A stretch of 64,000 nt of DNA from Candidatus Tagabacteria bacterium (lineage in GTDB: Bacteria > Patescibacteriota > Minisyncoccia > GCA-002779875): NCBI GenBank assembly GCA_963820595.1, contig CAWGAO010000007.1, positions 113,071 to 177,070 of the forward strand. The letters run 5' to 3'. The notes beneath the pieces are model-generated. The model did not search any database, was not told the DNA's origin, and saw only the letters and a list, made by a program, of their open reading frames with translations. The translations under genes and the position numbers were made by a program. Below, piece by piece: positions 38,381 to 49,304 of the stretch. Numbering within the stretch: position 1 is the stretch's first letter; each line of letters begins with the position of its first letter.

Positions 38381-38872
38381 GAAATGATTATATTTACATC
38401 ACAGATTTTGCTCCACAAGTATAGATTTATTTTATCGATAACTTACCCTACCCCGTAGTTCTCTACTGCTTAAAAACAAAAAAACAACCCACCAAAAAGA
38501 TGGGTTGTTTAAAATTTTGTTATAAATTTTATTTATGCTTTCTTTTGTTTGCCTTGGCTTCGAGCATAAGCCGCTTTATTTCCAATCGCTTCTTGGTTTT
38601 ATGAGAATGTGACTTTTTATTTTTTCCGACTCCCGTGCTTCTTTTTGCCATATAGATATTTTATTAATTAGTTAATTATTCTCTAAGTGTAACAGAAAAT
38701 ATTAGCAAAGGAAAACGTTCTTATTGGCTCGCGTGGAGGGACAGCTTTCGAACCTTTGACTGGAGTAAGGCATTGCCAGTTCCGGAGTTGGTTTTAAGCC
38801 AAGTAAAGCAACTAATGTCTCTGGTCTGACATTTCGAAAGTAATTATTCCTACACTATTACCAACCATTTAT

Positions 38873-40774
38873 TTAAGGGGATACTCGTGTGAGACTCCAA
38901 CTTATAAATCTGGGGTTGCAATACGTTTTATTAGGTCCGGTTTGCGTGTTTATTGACAAAGGCCCTACTCCGCTTTTGTTTCCGCTTACGGCCTCCCATG
39001 TATTACTGGGCATGAACGGATCGCTAGGATTGTGAGGGTAGCTGTGTAGCGACGTCCCGTCAGGGCTCACATAATAGCCATCCGGCGCGTAGTTACCCAA
39101 TGAAAGCTCGGCATCACCCTCAACCGGAAACTCAAAACGGATACCATGTTGCGACAAAGGATCCTGTTTTTTCCCATCAGGGTACTGGGCGCTTTTTTCA
39201 ATAACAGCATAATTATACGGGTCATCTGCCGACCTTGGTATCATCGGAAGAATCAATTCTACCGGCTTGCCATAATTTTTTGGAGCAACACCACCTGCCC
39301 CCGTGTCAAAGTCCGGGTCATCTGTCCAGATTTTGGCGACATTGACCGTAAAAGGATGCCACATCTCGGACGACATGTCGGTAAAAGGCGTTGTTTCAAA
39401 AGTTATGCGAACCTTGAGAACTACCGGAATCCATCCGACCAATCCCTCCTTGCCTTCACAACCTCTACCCTTGCTGTCTCTCTGCTTGTATTCATAAATA
39501 AAATCGCCTTCATATGTCCCTTCGTAAACTGATTGGCGAGTATCCTTTTTCGGAGATTCCGCAATTGCATATTTAATATATGTATATATGTCAGACGGTC
39601 CCCCATGAAGTTTGTAATTAATCACGCGAGTTCCGTTTATTTCATACATATCCAAAGAATCGCGTCCGCGCGATAATGGGTCATGAATTCCCAAAAACAC
39701 CGAACCACCGGCCGCCCACGCGCCAACGGCCGTTACCACATGCCCGCCGACCCTGCTATAGGAGCCGTCCGCCGCATACACGCCAAATTCCATGCCAACT
39801 TCAACGTCTTGCCCCTTCTTGAGCTCCCCGGCTATTTTCGAAACAATCCCGAGATCAAACAGCGACCCAACCTGATGCATTTCGATTGGAATTTTATGCC
39901 GGCTCTTAAAAGCATTTAGGCCAGGAAGAATATCTTCGCGGAAAACTCCCTTATTATCCCACTTCATATCATTTTTAAGTTCGGAGATAAGCCCGGCATT
40001 GCCGCCCGCGGGCATTTTGTCCGTAAAATTATTTTTATCGGCAAGCCATAAAAGGGAATTGGCAACCGCAGTCGGGACGCATTCATTTGTTTCCTGATTT
40101 ATATCCGGTACATCGGAATGGAATACATCAAACGCTGTTTCTGCCGTCCGAACTCCGGCGCTCAACCCGGGCGGAACGTCCGGAACCGAATCATCGGCAA
40201 ATACATAAGTTGGCTGAAGCCAATCGGACGAAAACCCTCCATCTCTTAACCCTTCCGGATCCGGAGAATAATACGGACCGTAATCCATGTGCAGAAGCAC
40301 GGATATTTTTGCTTCTTTTAATAATCCACCAGACGCGGAACGTCCGTCCCAGCCGTCGAGATTATTTTTGCCGAGCACGATATAAGCCGGAAAGTCTATC
40401 CGCTCTTCGATAGTTTTATCCGGAATAAGAATGGAGTAACTATTTGCGACATTTTCCGATACGCGGGCGCGCATATTTTTTACCAGCCATTCTTCCTGTG
40501 TCACTCCGCCGACAATATAAGACCCGATGGCGCCGTCTTTATTCAAATCAACGGCAATATTTATAAAAGTATACTCTTCACTATCCTTCAAAAACGGAAC
40601 GGAGAAAAAACCGTTTGGAGAAACATCGCTTCCCCTGACCAGACGCGTCATATTGATCTCAGTCCCTATCAATATTGGCGCCGAACCGCCACGGAATAAA
40701 AAGAGTGCGCCAATTACGACTACAAATACTGCTATTAATATCGGCAAATATTTTTTGTTTTTCACATATTTCAT
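38873..40774 (-). CDS. membrane-anchored exported protein, hypothetical (possible Cys/His peptidase fold)
   Basis: 633 aa with an N-terminal TM anchor. NECVPTAVANSLLWL and GGHVVTAVG could be a papain-like Cys...His pair; this is inference only. Confidence 0.6.
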   Translation of the reverse strand: MKYVKNKKYLPILIAVFVVVIGALFLFRGGSAPILIGTEINMTRLVRGSDVSPNGFFSVPFLKDSEEYTFINIAVDLNKDGAIGSYIVGGVTQEEWLVKNMRARVSENVANSYSILIPDKTIEERIDFPAYIVLGKNNLDGWDGRSASGGLLKEAKISVLLHMDYGPYYSPDPEGLRDGGFSSDWLQPTYVFADDSVPDVPPGLSAGVRTAETAFDVFHSDVPDINQETNECVPTAVANSLLWLADKNNFTDKMPAGGNAGLISELKNDMKWDNKGVFREDILPGLNAFKSRHKIPIEMHQVGSLFDLGIVSKIAGELKKGQDVEVGMEFGVYAADGSYSRVGGHVVTAVGAWAAGGSVFLGIHDPLSRGRDSLDMYEINGTRVINYKLHGGPSDIYTYIKYAIAESPKKDTRQSVYEGTYEGDFIYEYKQRDSKGRGCEGKEGLVGWIPVVLKVRITFETTPFTDMSSEMWHPFTVNVAKIWTDDPDFDTGAGGVAPKNYGKPVELILPMIPRSADDPYNYAVIEKSAQYPDGKKQDPLSQHGIRFEFPVEGDAELSLGNYAPDGYYVSPDGTSLHSYPHNPSDPFMPSNTWEAVSGNKSGVGPLSINTQTGPNKTYCNPRFISWSLTRVSP

Positions 40775-40973
40775 ATACTTTTATTATACCCCTTCGACTA
40801 TGCTCAAGACAATCAAAATACTCCGAAAGTTCGAATCCACGCCAAGGTAAGAAAAATGAGCCTTAATTTATAAAGCTCAAGATGTGGCTCCCGATAAAAA
40901 ACAGCAACAAACTTTTGAAATTATCTTGCCGAATCTGATACACAAATCCAAAAAGCGAAAACTGAAATGATGC

Positions 40974-40990
40974 GCCCCGCCAACGGCGGG
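40974..40990 (-). terminator. Possible terminator hairpin after tRNA-Asn
   Basis: CCCCGCC AAC GGCGGGG. The U tract is not immediately adjacent. Confidence 0.35.
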
Positions 40991-41043
40991 GCTGGGCGAG
41001 CGAACCCTCTCATCTTCAAAAAATGAGTTCGTATCTAATTTGT

Positions 41044-41118
41044 TGGCTCCCCGGGTAGGACTCGAACCTACAACCTTCTCGTTAACAGCGAGCCGCTCCA
41101 CCATTGAGCTACCGGGGA
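41044..41118 (-). tRNA. tRNA-Asn: tRNA-Asn (anticodon GTT), CCA encoded
   Basis: The reverse complement is TCCCCGGTAGCTCAATGGTGGAGCGGCTCGCTGTTAACGAGAAGGTTGTAGGTTCGAGTCCTACCCGGGGAGCCA. It has a 7-bp acceptor stem, a GTTCGAG T-loop and the anticodon loop CT-GTT-AA. Confidence 0.9.
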
Positions 41119-41150
41119 ATCATTAAATTTTAAAAGAAAATCGTATTCTT

Positions 41151-41495
41151 TCAATTCATCTTAGTTATACCATTTTCTAATTCGGTATGACAATTTTTAC
41201 AAAGCAACGCGCACTTCTTCGCTTCCTTTAAAACAGCGCTCCAAGAATAAGATAAACCTTTAACGCTTAGGGCGAAAGATTTATTTTTGGGATTGATATG
41301 GTGAAAATCTAACGCTCCAATATATTTTTTATAACCGCATATTTTGCACTTCCCTCCAAAAATATTCACAAGTTTTTCTTTTTTCTTAATTCTACTATCT
41401 ATCACCCAACGGGAAGCGCATTGACCGCAACGAAACGAACCGTCCTTTCTCTTAAAATGAAAAGTTTTGCCATGCTTTTTGCAAATTTTAAGCAT
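41151..41495 (-). CDS. HNH endonuclease-like zinc-finger protein
   Basis: CKICGYKKYIGALDFHHINP...LLCKNCH. Confidence 0.7.
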   Translation of the reverse strand: MLKICKKHGKTFHFKRKDGSFRCGQCASRWVIDSRIKKKEKLVNIFGGKCKICGYKKYIGALDFHHINPKNKSFALSVKGLSYSWSAVLKEAKKCALLCKNCHTELENGITKMN

Positions 41496-41555
41496 AAATC
41501 TATTATAACACCTTATGTTAAGGTTACAAAAAGCCTTTTCTCTATATTTAATATT

Positions 41556-42760
41556 TTAGTATTCTTTCAACTTTTTGGCTTTTTCGTGCTGGCGGATTTT
41601 TTCGAGGGCTTTGGCCTCGATTTGGCGGATACGTTCCCGGGTAACGCCGAATTCTTTGCCGACTTCTTCCAGGGTTCTTGTAACGCCGTCAATCAGACCA
41701 AAACGCATTTCCAAGAATTTTTCGTTCTCTCGGCGTCAAGATCAATTAAAATTTCTTTCACCTGGTCAACCAAAAGCCGCTGGGCAGTCTGCTGAACCGG
41801 CGAAAGAATTTTTTCATCCTCGATAAATTCGCCAAGAGTTGAATCTTCGTCTTCGTCCCCCACCGGCGCCTCAAGCGAAACCGTTTCCTGATTGATTTTC
41901 TGGATATGGCGGACTTTTTCCACATCCAATCCCATTTCCGCGGCAATTTCCTCAACTAAAGGGTCTCTGCCCAAATCCTGCGACAGGCGTCGGGTAATCT
42001 GTTTATATTTTGAAATTGTTTCAACCATATGAACGGGAATGCGAACCGTTGAAGCCTGATCAGCCAAAGCGCGGGTAATCGCCTGCCGAATCCACCAAGT
42101 CGCGTATGTCGAAAACTTGTAGCCGCGGCGCCAATCAAATTTTTCCACCGCCCTAAAAAGACCCAAATTGCCCTCCTGTATAAGGTCCAAAATCGTGAGA
42201 TGCGGACTGCGGTTTATGTAGCGTTTTGCGATGGAAACGACGAGGCGCAGGTTCGCCTGGGCCAGCTTGCTTCTCGCTTCTTCGTCGCCCTTCTCGATGC
42301 GTTTGGCAAGCTCGCGTTCCTCTTCCGCCTTTATAAGCGAGATTTTTCCGATTTCTTTCAAATACATTTGCACCGAATCGTAAGAGCCTAAGTCGGCGAG
42401 TTGGGTTTTTTTAAGCTTCGGAATTTTTTCCTCGGAAATTTCGAGGAGATCTTTGCCTTCCAAAACATCAATTCCCGCTTCCTGGAAACGAGTGTAAAGG
42501 TCATCAAGAAAAATAATGTCTTCTTCGATTAAAGGAAATTCTTTTAGAATTTCCGAATGAGTAATAAATCCGCGAAGCCGGCCTTTTTTCAAAAGATTGT
42601 CAACTTTTTCTTCGATGACTTTCGCCTTATACGCCAACTCTTCTTTTCTGCCGAGCTTTTTGGTTTTCTGCGGAACTTCTTTTTTTGCCATCTTTCTTAT
42701 GGCGGCTTTCGCGAGTTTTTTTACTTTTTTTATTTTTGGCTTAGTTTTTTTTGATTTCAT
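41556..42760 (-). CDS. rpoD: RNA polymerase sigma factor RpoD (sigma-70), with a frame break near 41723-41737
   Basis: Regions 1.2 to 4 are present ([35 protein letters not shown]). After ...ILIDLDA the frame shifts to [43 protein letters not shown], ending at 41556. The likely start is the ATG at 42760, overlapping the dnaG end. Confidence 0.9.
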
Positions 42761-44496
42761 TATTTTTTGAAAGCTGACTAATTTGTTTGTTGAGCTCGTT
42801 AAATTTATTAAGCTGTTCGGCAAGCGCTTTTTCATCTCCCTTAGCTTCAATCATTTTGATGTTTGCCATGATGGCTTCCCGCTGTTCTTGAAGCACTTCC
42901 TTTTCCAATTCGTTTAAAAGAATTTTTACCTCGTCTTCCAATTTCTCCGTTTTCATGCCGCCATAGGACAGTTCGCCTTCCAAAGCAAGCCTCTCGCAAT
43001 AATGCTTACTCTCGCCTTGAAGTTTTTCCCGCGCTTCGGAATTTTTAAGCAAAAACTGGTGTTTTTCCGAAAAAAACGGATATTTGTCGGCAGGTATTAT
43101 ATTAACATCATTTTTCCAAAAGACAATGCCCAAAAGCCGCTCTTCAATAAGTAAATGCCGGTTTTTCGGAACGGCGGTTTGGATTTCGGAAGCTTCTTTT
43201 CCTTTTAATATTTTTACTTTCAGTTTTTTCAACTCTTCCCAAATCGGCTCTTCGCGCATATTCAAACGCTTCGCGATTTCGCCAACCCAATGGCTGCGAT
43301 CGATTTCGCTGTCAATAAAATTAACGTAAGGCAAAACAATTTTCTCAACCCTATTTTTAAGCGTTCTTGGGTCGGTGATTTTTTCCGAAAGCGTTCGGAG
43401 ATAAAAATCGATAACGTGACGCGACTCGTCAACCGCTTTTTGCCAAGCCGCTGGCTCTTTCGACGCCACATCCGCCGGATCTTTGCCGAACGGAACAGAA
43501 ACAACTTTTACTTCAAATCCTCTGCTTAACGCGAGGTCAATCCCCCTGCCTGCTGCAATAAGCCCCGCCTCGTCGCTGTCAAAAGAAACAATTAAATTAT
43601 TCGTAAGCCGGCCGATGGATTCCAGATGAAACGGCGTCAGGCCGGTGCCCGAAACCGCGACGGCGTTCAAAACGCCGGCTTGGTGAGACATCAAAATATC
43701 CATTTGTCCTTCCACTATCACGCACGCGTCTTTCTTGCGAATTTCTGTTTTTGCCTTGTCAAAACCGTAAAGAATTTTCGATTTATCGTATAAAATCGTT
43801 TGTGGGCTGTTAATGTATTTCCCGACACCTTCTTTTTCCGTTTCGGGATATAGCCGGCCGGAAAAAGCGACAACTCTTCCGGAAAAATCAAAAATCGGAA
43901 ACATTATCCGGCCCCTGAATCTATCGTAATATCTTTTCTCCCGTCTGGTTCGGCTTTAATCGCCATTCCGGTTTTTTCCATTTCTTCATCCGAATAACCT
44001 TTTTCGAGCAGAAATTCGTAAAGATGCCTCCAGCCTTCGCTTTCCGGCGGGGCATAACCCAAAAGATAAGATTGAATTGTCTCGTCTTTCAATCCGCGCT
44101 TATGCAAATATTCCAAAACATTTTCCCGCTTGGAAAGTTCACTCCTGTAAAAATCGGTGGCGGCTTTCATAAGTTCCAGAAGCCGCGTGCGCTCGTTTCT
44201 CAATCGGGGGTCTTCCATTTTCAGTTTTACTCCCGCGCGTTCGGCCAAAATCTTAAGCGCTTCAATAAACTCCACTCCTTCGATTTCCATCACAAAACCG
44301 AAAATATCTCCGCCGCGGGAACAGCCGAAACAGTGCCAGATGTCGCGGGAGGGCGAAACAAAAAATGAAGCCGATTTTTCCGAATGAAAAGGGCAGCGCG
44401 CCTTGAAATTCGCGCCTGCCTTGTCGAGTTTGATGTAAGATTGAATAACGTCAACACGCTAAGCCGCTGTTTGATTTGTTCCACGGAAGATGACAT
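42741..44496 (-). CDS. dnaG: DNA primase DnaG, with two frame breaks (near 44449-44465 and 43930-43942)
   Basis: [13 protein letters not shown], then a shift to [50 protein letters not shown] (zinc finger), then a shift in an A run to [16 protein letters not shown] plus the TOPRIM domain (VEGQMD). Confidence 0.9.
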
Positions 44497-44523
44497 ATAT
44501 AATGTAAGTTTACCCCGTTAGAA

Positions 44524-44617
44524 ATCTTATCGCAACTTCTTCTAAAAATTCAAATCATTAAAGACTTTTTCTTCGCTTTAAAAAATAGTCAAAAATTATT
44601 TGCAATTTCTAACGGGG
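44524..44617. repeat. Inverted pair of the CCCCGTTAGAAAT motif
   Basis: CCCCGTTAGAAAT (44524-44536) and ATTTCTAACGGGG (44605-44617), the same motif as at 10709-10934. The left copy ends about 25 nt upstream of the dnaG start. Confidence 0.7.
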
Positions 44618-44641
44618 TTTATTCTAAAAATCCCAGAAAAT

Positions 44642-44662
44642 CAAAAAGCCCCATTTGGGGCT
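44642..44662 (-). terminator. Rho-independent terminator
   Basis: In minus sense: AGCCCC AAAT GGGGCT followed by TTTTTG. Confidence 0.65.
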
Positions 44663-44667
44663 CTGAT

Positions 44668-45429
44668 TTAATCACGAACTAGAAACATATTGGTTTGCTC
44701 AACAACAGTCCTCGCCCTTTCTTCCGTCGCAAAATATTCCCTGATACAATTGCCGCAATGCCGGCAAGCCGATGTTCCTTTTTCTCCTTCGGTTTTTCCG
44801 CAGGAATGAACGAATTTGTTATATTTATATCGCGCCATAATTTCTTCCCAGGCAGCCGTGGTAATCGCCCAGTAAGAATTTAATGTTCTCTTTCGAAAAA
44901 TATATTTTCCTTCATGGCCTTCGGGAATTTTTCCTTCAAAATATGCCATAAAAGTAAGAACAATTGGAATTTCGCGAGCTGAATAATACTCCACGACTTT
45001 ATCCACTAAATCCAAATTCCAAGCGTTAACGCGAACCCTGACAAACATCAAATTGATAGGTATCGGGTCCAAAAGGTAAGCGTCGATGTCCGTCATTCTG
45101 CCGGGGTTAACTGTTAAAACAACCGGGGCGTCGAATTTTTCCAAATCCTTGGGAATGGCGGTGTTATAGAACTTCATCTCATAATCCCGTGTTGCCTCAA
45201 TAACCTTCTTTCTTTGAACATTGCTGTCGTTTCCGTCATTCACTCTGACGATTCTGCCTTTTGCCATTTCAGCGCTCGGCATATTGGGTAAATTTTCTTT
45301 AAACGGCTCGAGATATGAACGGCCCGACTGGAAAAAACAATCTTCGCATTTGTTGGGACAAGTGCCTTTTTGGGGAATCGCCGTAATAATTCCGCTTCCT
45401 TTTGTCTTGGGGTTTTCTTTATAGGTCAT
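44668..45429 (-). CDS. hypothetical protein with a CX3CX2C (radical-SAM-like) cysteine motif
   Basis: GTCPNKCEDCFF near the N-terminus, and a C-terminal CRHCGNC. The start is the ATG at 45429, behind GGAGGAG. Confidence 0.5.
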   Translation of the reverse strand: MTYKENPKTKGSGIITAIPQKGTCPNKCEDCFFQSGRSYLEPFKENLPNMPSAEMAKGRIVRVNDGNDSNVQRKKVIEATRDYEMKFYNTAIPKDLEKFDAPVVLTVNPGRMTDIDAYLLDPIPINLMFVRVRVNAWNLDLVDKVVEYYSAREIPIVLTFMAYFEGKIPEGHEGKYIFRKRTLNSYWAITTAAWEEIMARYKYNKFVHSCGKTEGEKGTSACRHCGNCIREYFATEERARTVVEQTNMFLVRD

Positions 45430-45501
45430 CTTTCTCCTCCTTTTTGTCAAAAATCAAACCATTTAAATCTTACAAAAATTATAAAAATAACGCAACCCCC
45501 A

Positions 45502-45540
45502 ATACCAAAACGGCCCGCTGTTGGCGGACCGTTTTGGTAT
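45502..45540 (-). terminator. Long hairpin downstream of rpoC (weak terminator call)
   Basis: 12-bp stem ATACCAAAACGG/CCGTTTTGGTAT. No clean U tract follows on the minus strand. Confidence 0.4.
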
Positions 45541-45553
45541 TTAATTTAATTTT

Positions 45554-48500
45554 TTATTCGTTGTCGTCTACCGATTCTTCCGTTTTCTTTTCCGGTTCAG
45601 GCATTTCATCTTCTTCGGGAGCGTAGGCCGTTTGAAATTCTTTTCTGAAACCGGTGCCCGCCGGAATGAGCCGTCCGATAATAACGTTTTCTTTCAACCC
45701 GCGCAAATAATCTATCCCGCCTCTTACCGCAGTTTTTATTAAGACTCTTGCCGTGTCTTGGAATGACGCGGCGGACAGGAAACTGGAGGTTGAAAGCGCG
45801 ACTTTGGAGATGGGCATAACAAGCGGCACGGATTTTGCCGGAGTCTTCCCTTCCTGTTCCAATCGGATGTTCTCTTCGAGAAAATCGGCGCGTTCGACGA
45901 CTTCGCCTTCACCGAAATAACTGTCGCCGACTTCTTTAATTCGATAACGGGAAAACATCTGCCTGACAATCACTTCAATATGTTTTTTATTTATCGGGGC
46001 TCCCTGCATCGCGTAAATCTTGCCGACTTCGTTAAGAATATAATTCTGAACGGTCTCGTGCGATGAGATATTGAATAAATGTTTAATCTCTATCGAACCA
46101 GAAGAAAGCGCGTCGCCCGCTTTTATCTCATCTCCTTCTTTTATCAGCAGCGTTTTGCCGAAAGGAATCGCGTATTCTTTCACGTCCTCTTTCTTGACTC
46201 CGCCGAGACCACGGCGGGCAGTTTTTTCGCAGGTTTTTCGCTGACTTTTTTGTCGCCGGAATCCTCCACTAAAATCCTTATTATCTTTTCATGGTTTTCA
46301 ATATGTTTTATTTCCAAAACTTTGCCGTCAACTTCGGAAACAATGGCGGGACGAGCCGGCATGCGCAATTCAAAAATTTCTTCAACCCGAGGTAAACCCA
46401 AAGTGATATCTCCTCCGCCTGCCACGCCTCCAACGTGGAACGTCCTCATTGTAAGCTGGGTGCCCGGTTCGCCAATGGCCTGAGCGGCAATAATCCCTAT
46501 CGCTTCGCCCAGCTTAATTAAAGAACCCGAACCCAAATCGTTTCCGTAACACATCTGACAAACGCCTCTTATCGATTGGCAGGCGATCGGCGAACGGACA
46601 AAAATTTCTGCCGCGCCGGATTTCTTAATCATTTCCGCCTCTGCGGCATCTATAATGTGATTTCGCTTGAAAACTTTTTTCGAACCGTCTCCGAGGACAA
46701 TTGTCAAATCGCGGGCCAAAGTTCTGCCGACCAAGCGCTTCGCGAAATCATCGCCGTGCGTTTCAACATCGGCTCTCGACAAACGAAATCCATGTTTGGC
46801 CTGGCAATCCCTTTCCCGAACAATTACGTCCTGGGCAACATCCACCAAACGCCGCGTCAAATAACCCGCTTTTGCGGTTTTTAAGGCCGTATCGGTCGTG
46901 CCTTTTCTTGCGCCGTGAGTAGAAATAAAATACTCCAAAACGTTCAAACCTTTTTTGTAACTTGAAATAATCGGCAAATCTATAATTTTCCCGGCCGGGT
47001 TAACCACCATACCCTTTCATTCCGGTCATTTGAGATACCTGTTCCCAAGAACCGCGAGCCGCAGAAGAAACCATGCTTCTGACGGGGCCGAATTCATCAA
47101 GAGTCACCCGCACCAAATCGTCGATTTTTTTCTTTACTCCCTGCCAGATTTCGATAATTTTATCATAACGTTCTTCGGCCGTTAAAAGACCGTTGTTATA
47201 ATGTTTTTCAACTTCGTGTTCTTGCTTCATGGCATCGCTAACGATTGATTCCTTTTCTTTGGGTTCGACTAAATCGTTAATCCCCCAACTGATGCCCGAC
47301 CGGGTGGCGTATTCGTAACCGAATGATTTTATTTTGTCGAGAATCGGAGGAGTAGCGTCAACGCCGTAACGAAAGATAAGCTGTTTTACTATCGCGCCGA
47401 TTTTTTTCTTATCCAAATCTTCGTTGATAAACTCAAAATCCGAAGGCAAAACGCTGTTAAAAAGAAGCCGACCGACATTGGTTTCAATAATTTTTTCCTC
47501 AAACATTCGATATTTCGGCGTCGGAGTGACAAGCACTTTAATCGGCGCCTGAAGGTTTACAAATCCGAAATCATGCGCCGTAATAGCCTCATTCGGGCTT
47601 GAAAATATCAAGCCTTCGCCTTTCGTTCCTTTGCGGATTTTAGTCATCCAGTGGCAGCCGAACACGATATCCTGCGACGGATTAACAATCGGCTCGCCGG
47701 TGCCGGGCCCCAAAAGATTTTTAACAGAAGCCATAATCTCTTTCGCTTCTTTTTGAGCCGCTTCCCCTAAAGGAATATGGACGGCCATCTGGTCTCCATC
47801 GAAGTCCGCATTGAAAGCGGTACAAACCAAAGGATGAATCTGGATAGCGTTTCCTTCAATAAGAATCGGTTGAAATGCCTGGATGCCCAAACGATGAAGC
47901 GTTGGTGCGCGGTTCAGAAGAACGTATTTATCTTTTATTACTTCTTCCAAAATCGCCCAAACATCCGGAGTGGCATCATCTATCAGACGGCCTGCGCCGC
48001 GCACGTTGTAAGCGAGTTCCTTCTGAATTAATTTTGAAATAATAAAGGGACGGAAAAGTTCAAGAGCCATGTGCTTGGGAAGACCGCACTGATGCATTTT
48101 AAGTTCGGGGCCGACGACAATAACGGAACGGCCCGAATAATCAACGCGCTTGCCCAATAAATTCTGACGGAATCTTCCCTGTTTCCCTCGGAGCATGTCG
48201 GATAGAGAGCGCAATGGTCTCCTTTGCGCTTGACTCAAGGCCGCGGCTTGTCCTCTTCGGATGGAATTGTCGATTAAAGCATCGACTGCCTCCTGAAGCA
48301 TTCTTTTTTCATTGCGGCAGATTACTTCGGGCGCTTTGAGCTCGAGAAGTTTTTTAAGCCGGTTGTTTCTGTTGATAACTCTGCGATACAAATCGTTCAC
48401 GTCCGAAGTCGCGTGCCGGCCGCCGTCCAATTGAACCATCGGCCGAAAAGCGGGCGGAATAATCGGAAGAGCCGTCAAAAACATCCACTCGGGCCGGACG

Positions 48501-49288
48501 CCGGCACGCTCCATTGCCTTAATAAGACTGATTTGTTTTAGAAATTTTTTCTGCAATTGAGGATTTACCGTATGCTCTGCCTCGTCGGTAAGCGTTTTTC
48601 TAAGTTCCGCAAGGTCTAACTTCTTACATATATTATAGAGGGCTTCGGAACCTATTTCCGCTTCAAACACATCTCCGTATTTAAGGCTAAGACGGTGATA
48701 CTCGATTTCGCTAAATACTTTATTCAGGTGCAGGTCGTTAATCTCGTTTTTTGATTTATTAAAAGCTTGTTTAAGCGCGGTTTTTTTCTCTTTTTCGGTG
48801 AGGTTTTTTGATTTTGCCTTGTATTCTTTATCCAAATTCTGAAACATCTCCATTTTGGCTTTCTCGTTTACTTTCGTAATAATGTAACTGGCAAAATAAA
48901 TCACCTTTTCCAGCTCCGGAACGGAAAGATTTAAAAGGAGACCGAGAACCGAGGGAATGCCGCGGAAAAACCAAATATGGGAAACGGGTGAAGCCAAAGC
49001 AATGTGACCCATCCGTTCCCGCCTTACGATGGAACGCGTCACTTCAACCCCGCATTTTTCGCAAACAATTCCCTTATATCTGATGCGCCGGTATTTTCCG
49101 CAATAACATTCGTAATCTTTTTCCGGCCCGAAAATGCGCTCGTCAAAAAGGCCGTCCCTCTCCGCGCGCTGGGTTCTATAATTGATGGTTTCCGCTTTGG
49201 TCACTTCGCCGTGGGACCATGACAAAATCTTCTCCGGCGAAGCGAGTTTTAACATTATAGATTTGAAATCTGTAACTTTTATATCCAT
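45554..49288 (-). CDS. rpoC: DNA-directed RNA polymerase subunit beta', with two frame breaks (near 47005-47017 and within 46180-46260)
   Basis: 47000..49288 carries the zinc ribbon [20 protein letters not shown] and NADFDGDQM. 46180..47010 continues as [14 protein letters not shown]...[13 protein letters not shown]. 45554..46183 carries the conserved C-terminus ([11 protein letters not shown]...[17 protein letters not shown]). Confidence 0.95.
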
Positions 49289-49304
49289 AAGAAAATTATT
49301 GCCG

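Noticed and set aside
38530-38651. Small basic peptide gene (MAKRSTGVGKNKKSHSHKTKKRLE, 24 aa; 40 aa if one A is added at GAATAAAG)
   Set aside because: It is too short and I recognise no family. The longer reading requires assuming another homopolymer error. I left it unannotated.
38721-38830. tRNA- or tmRNA-like fragment (TGGCTCGCGTGGAGGGAC...TTCGAACC on the plus strand, i.e. GGTTCGAAA...CACGCGAGCCA on the minus strand)
   Set aside because: The T-arm and acceptor pairings do not close and no D or anticodon arms could be drawn. It is at best a decayed remnant.
40877-41104. Track ORF of 75 aa on the minus strand
   Set aside because: It overlaps tRNA-Asn (41044-41118) and its terminator region, so it is spurious.
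42741-49288. Programmed ribosomal frameshifting in dnaG, rpoD or rpoC
   Set aside because: I saw no slippery heptamer with a stimulatory structure, and the breaks do not share a common motif. Similar breaks occur in many unrelated genes, which points to base-calling error.
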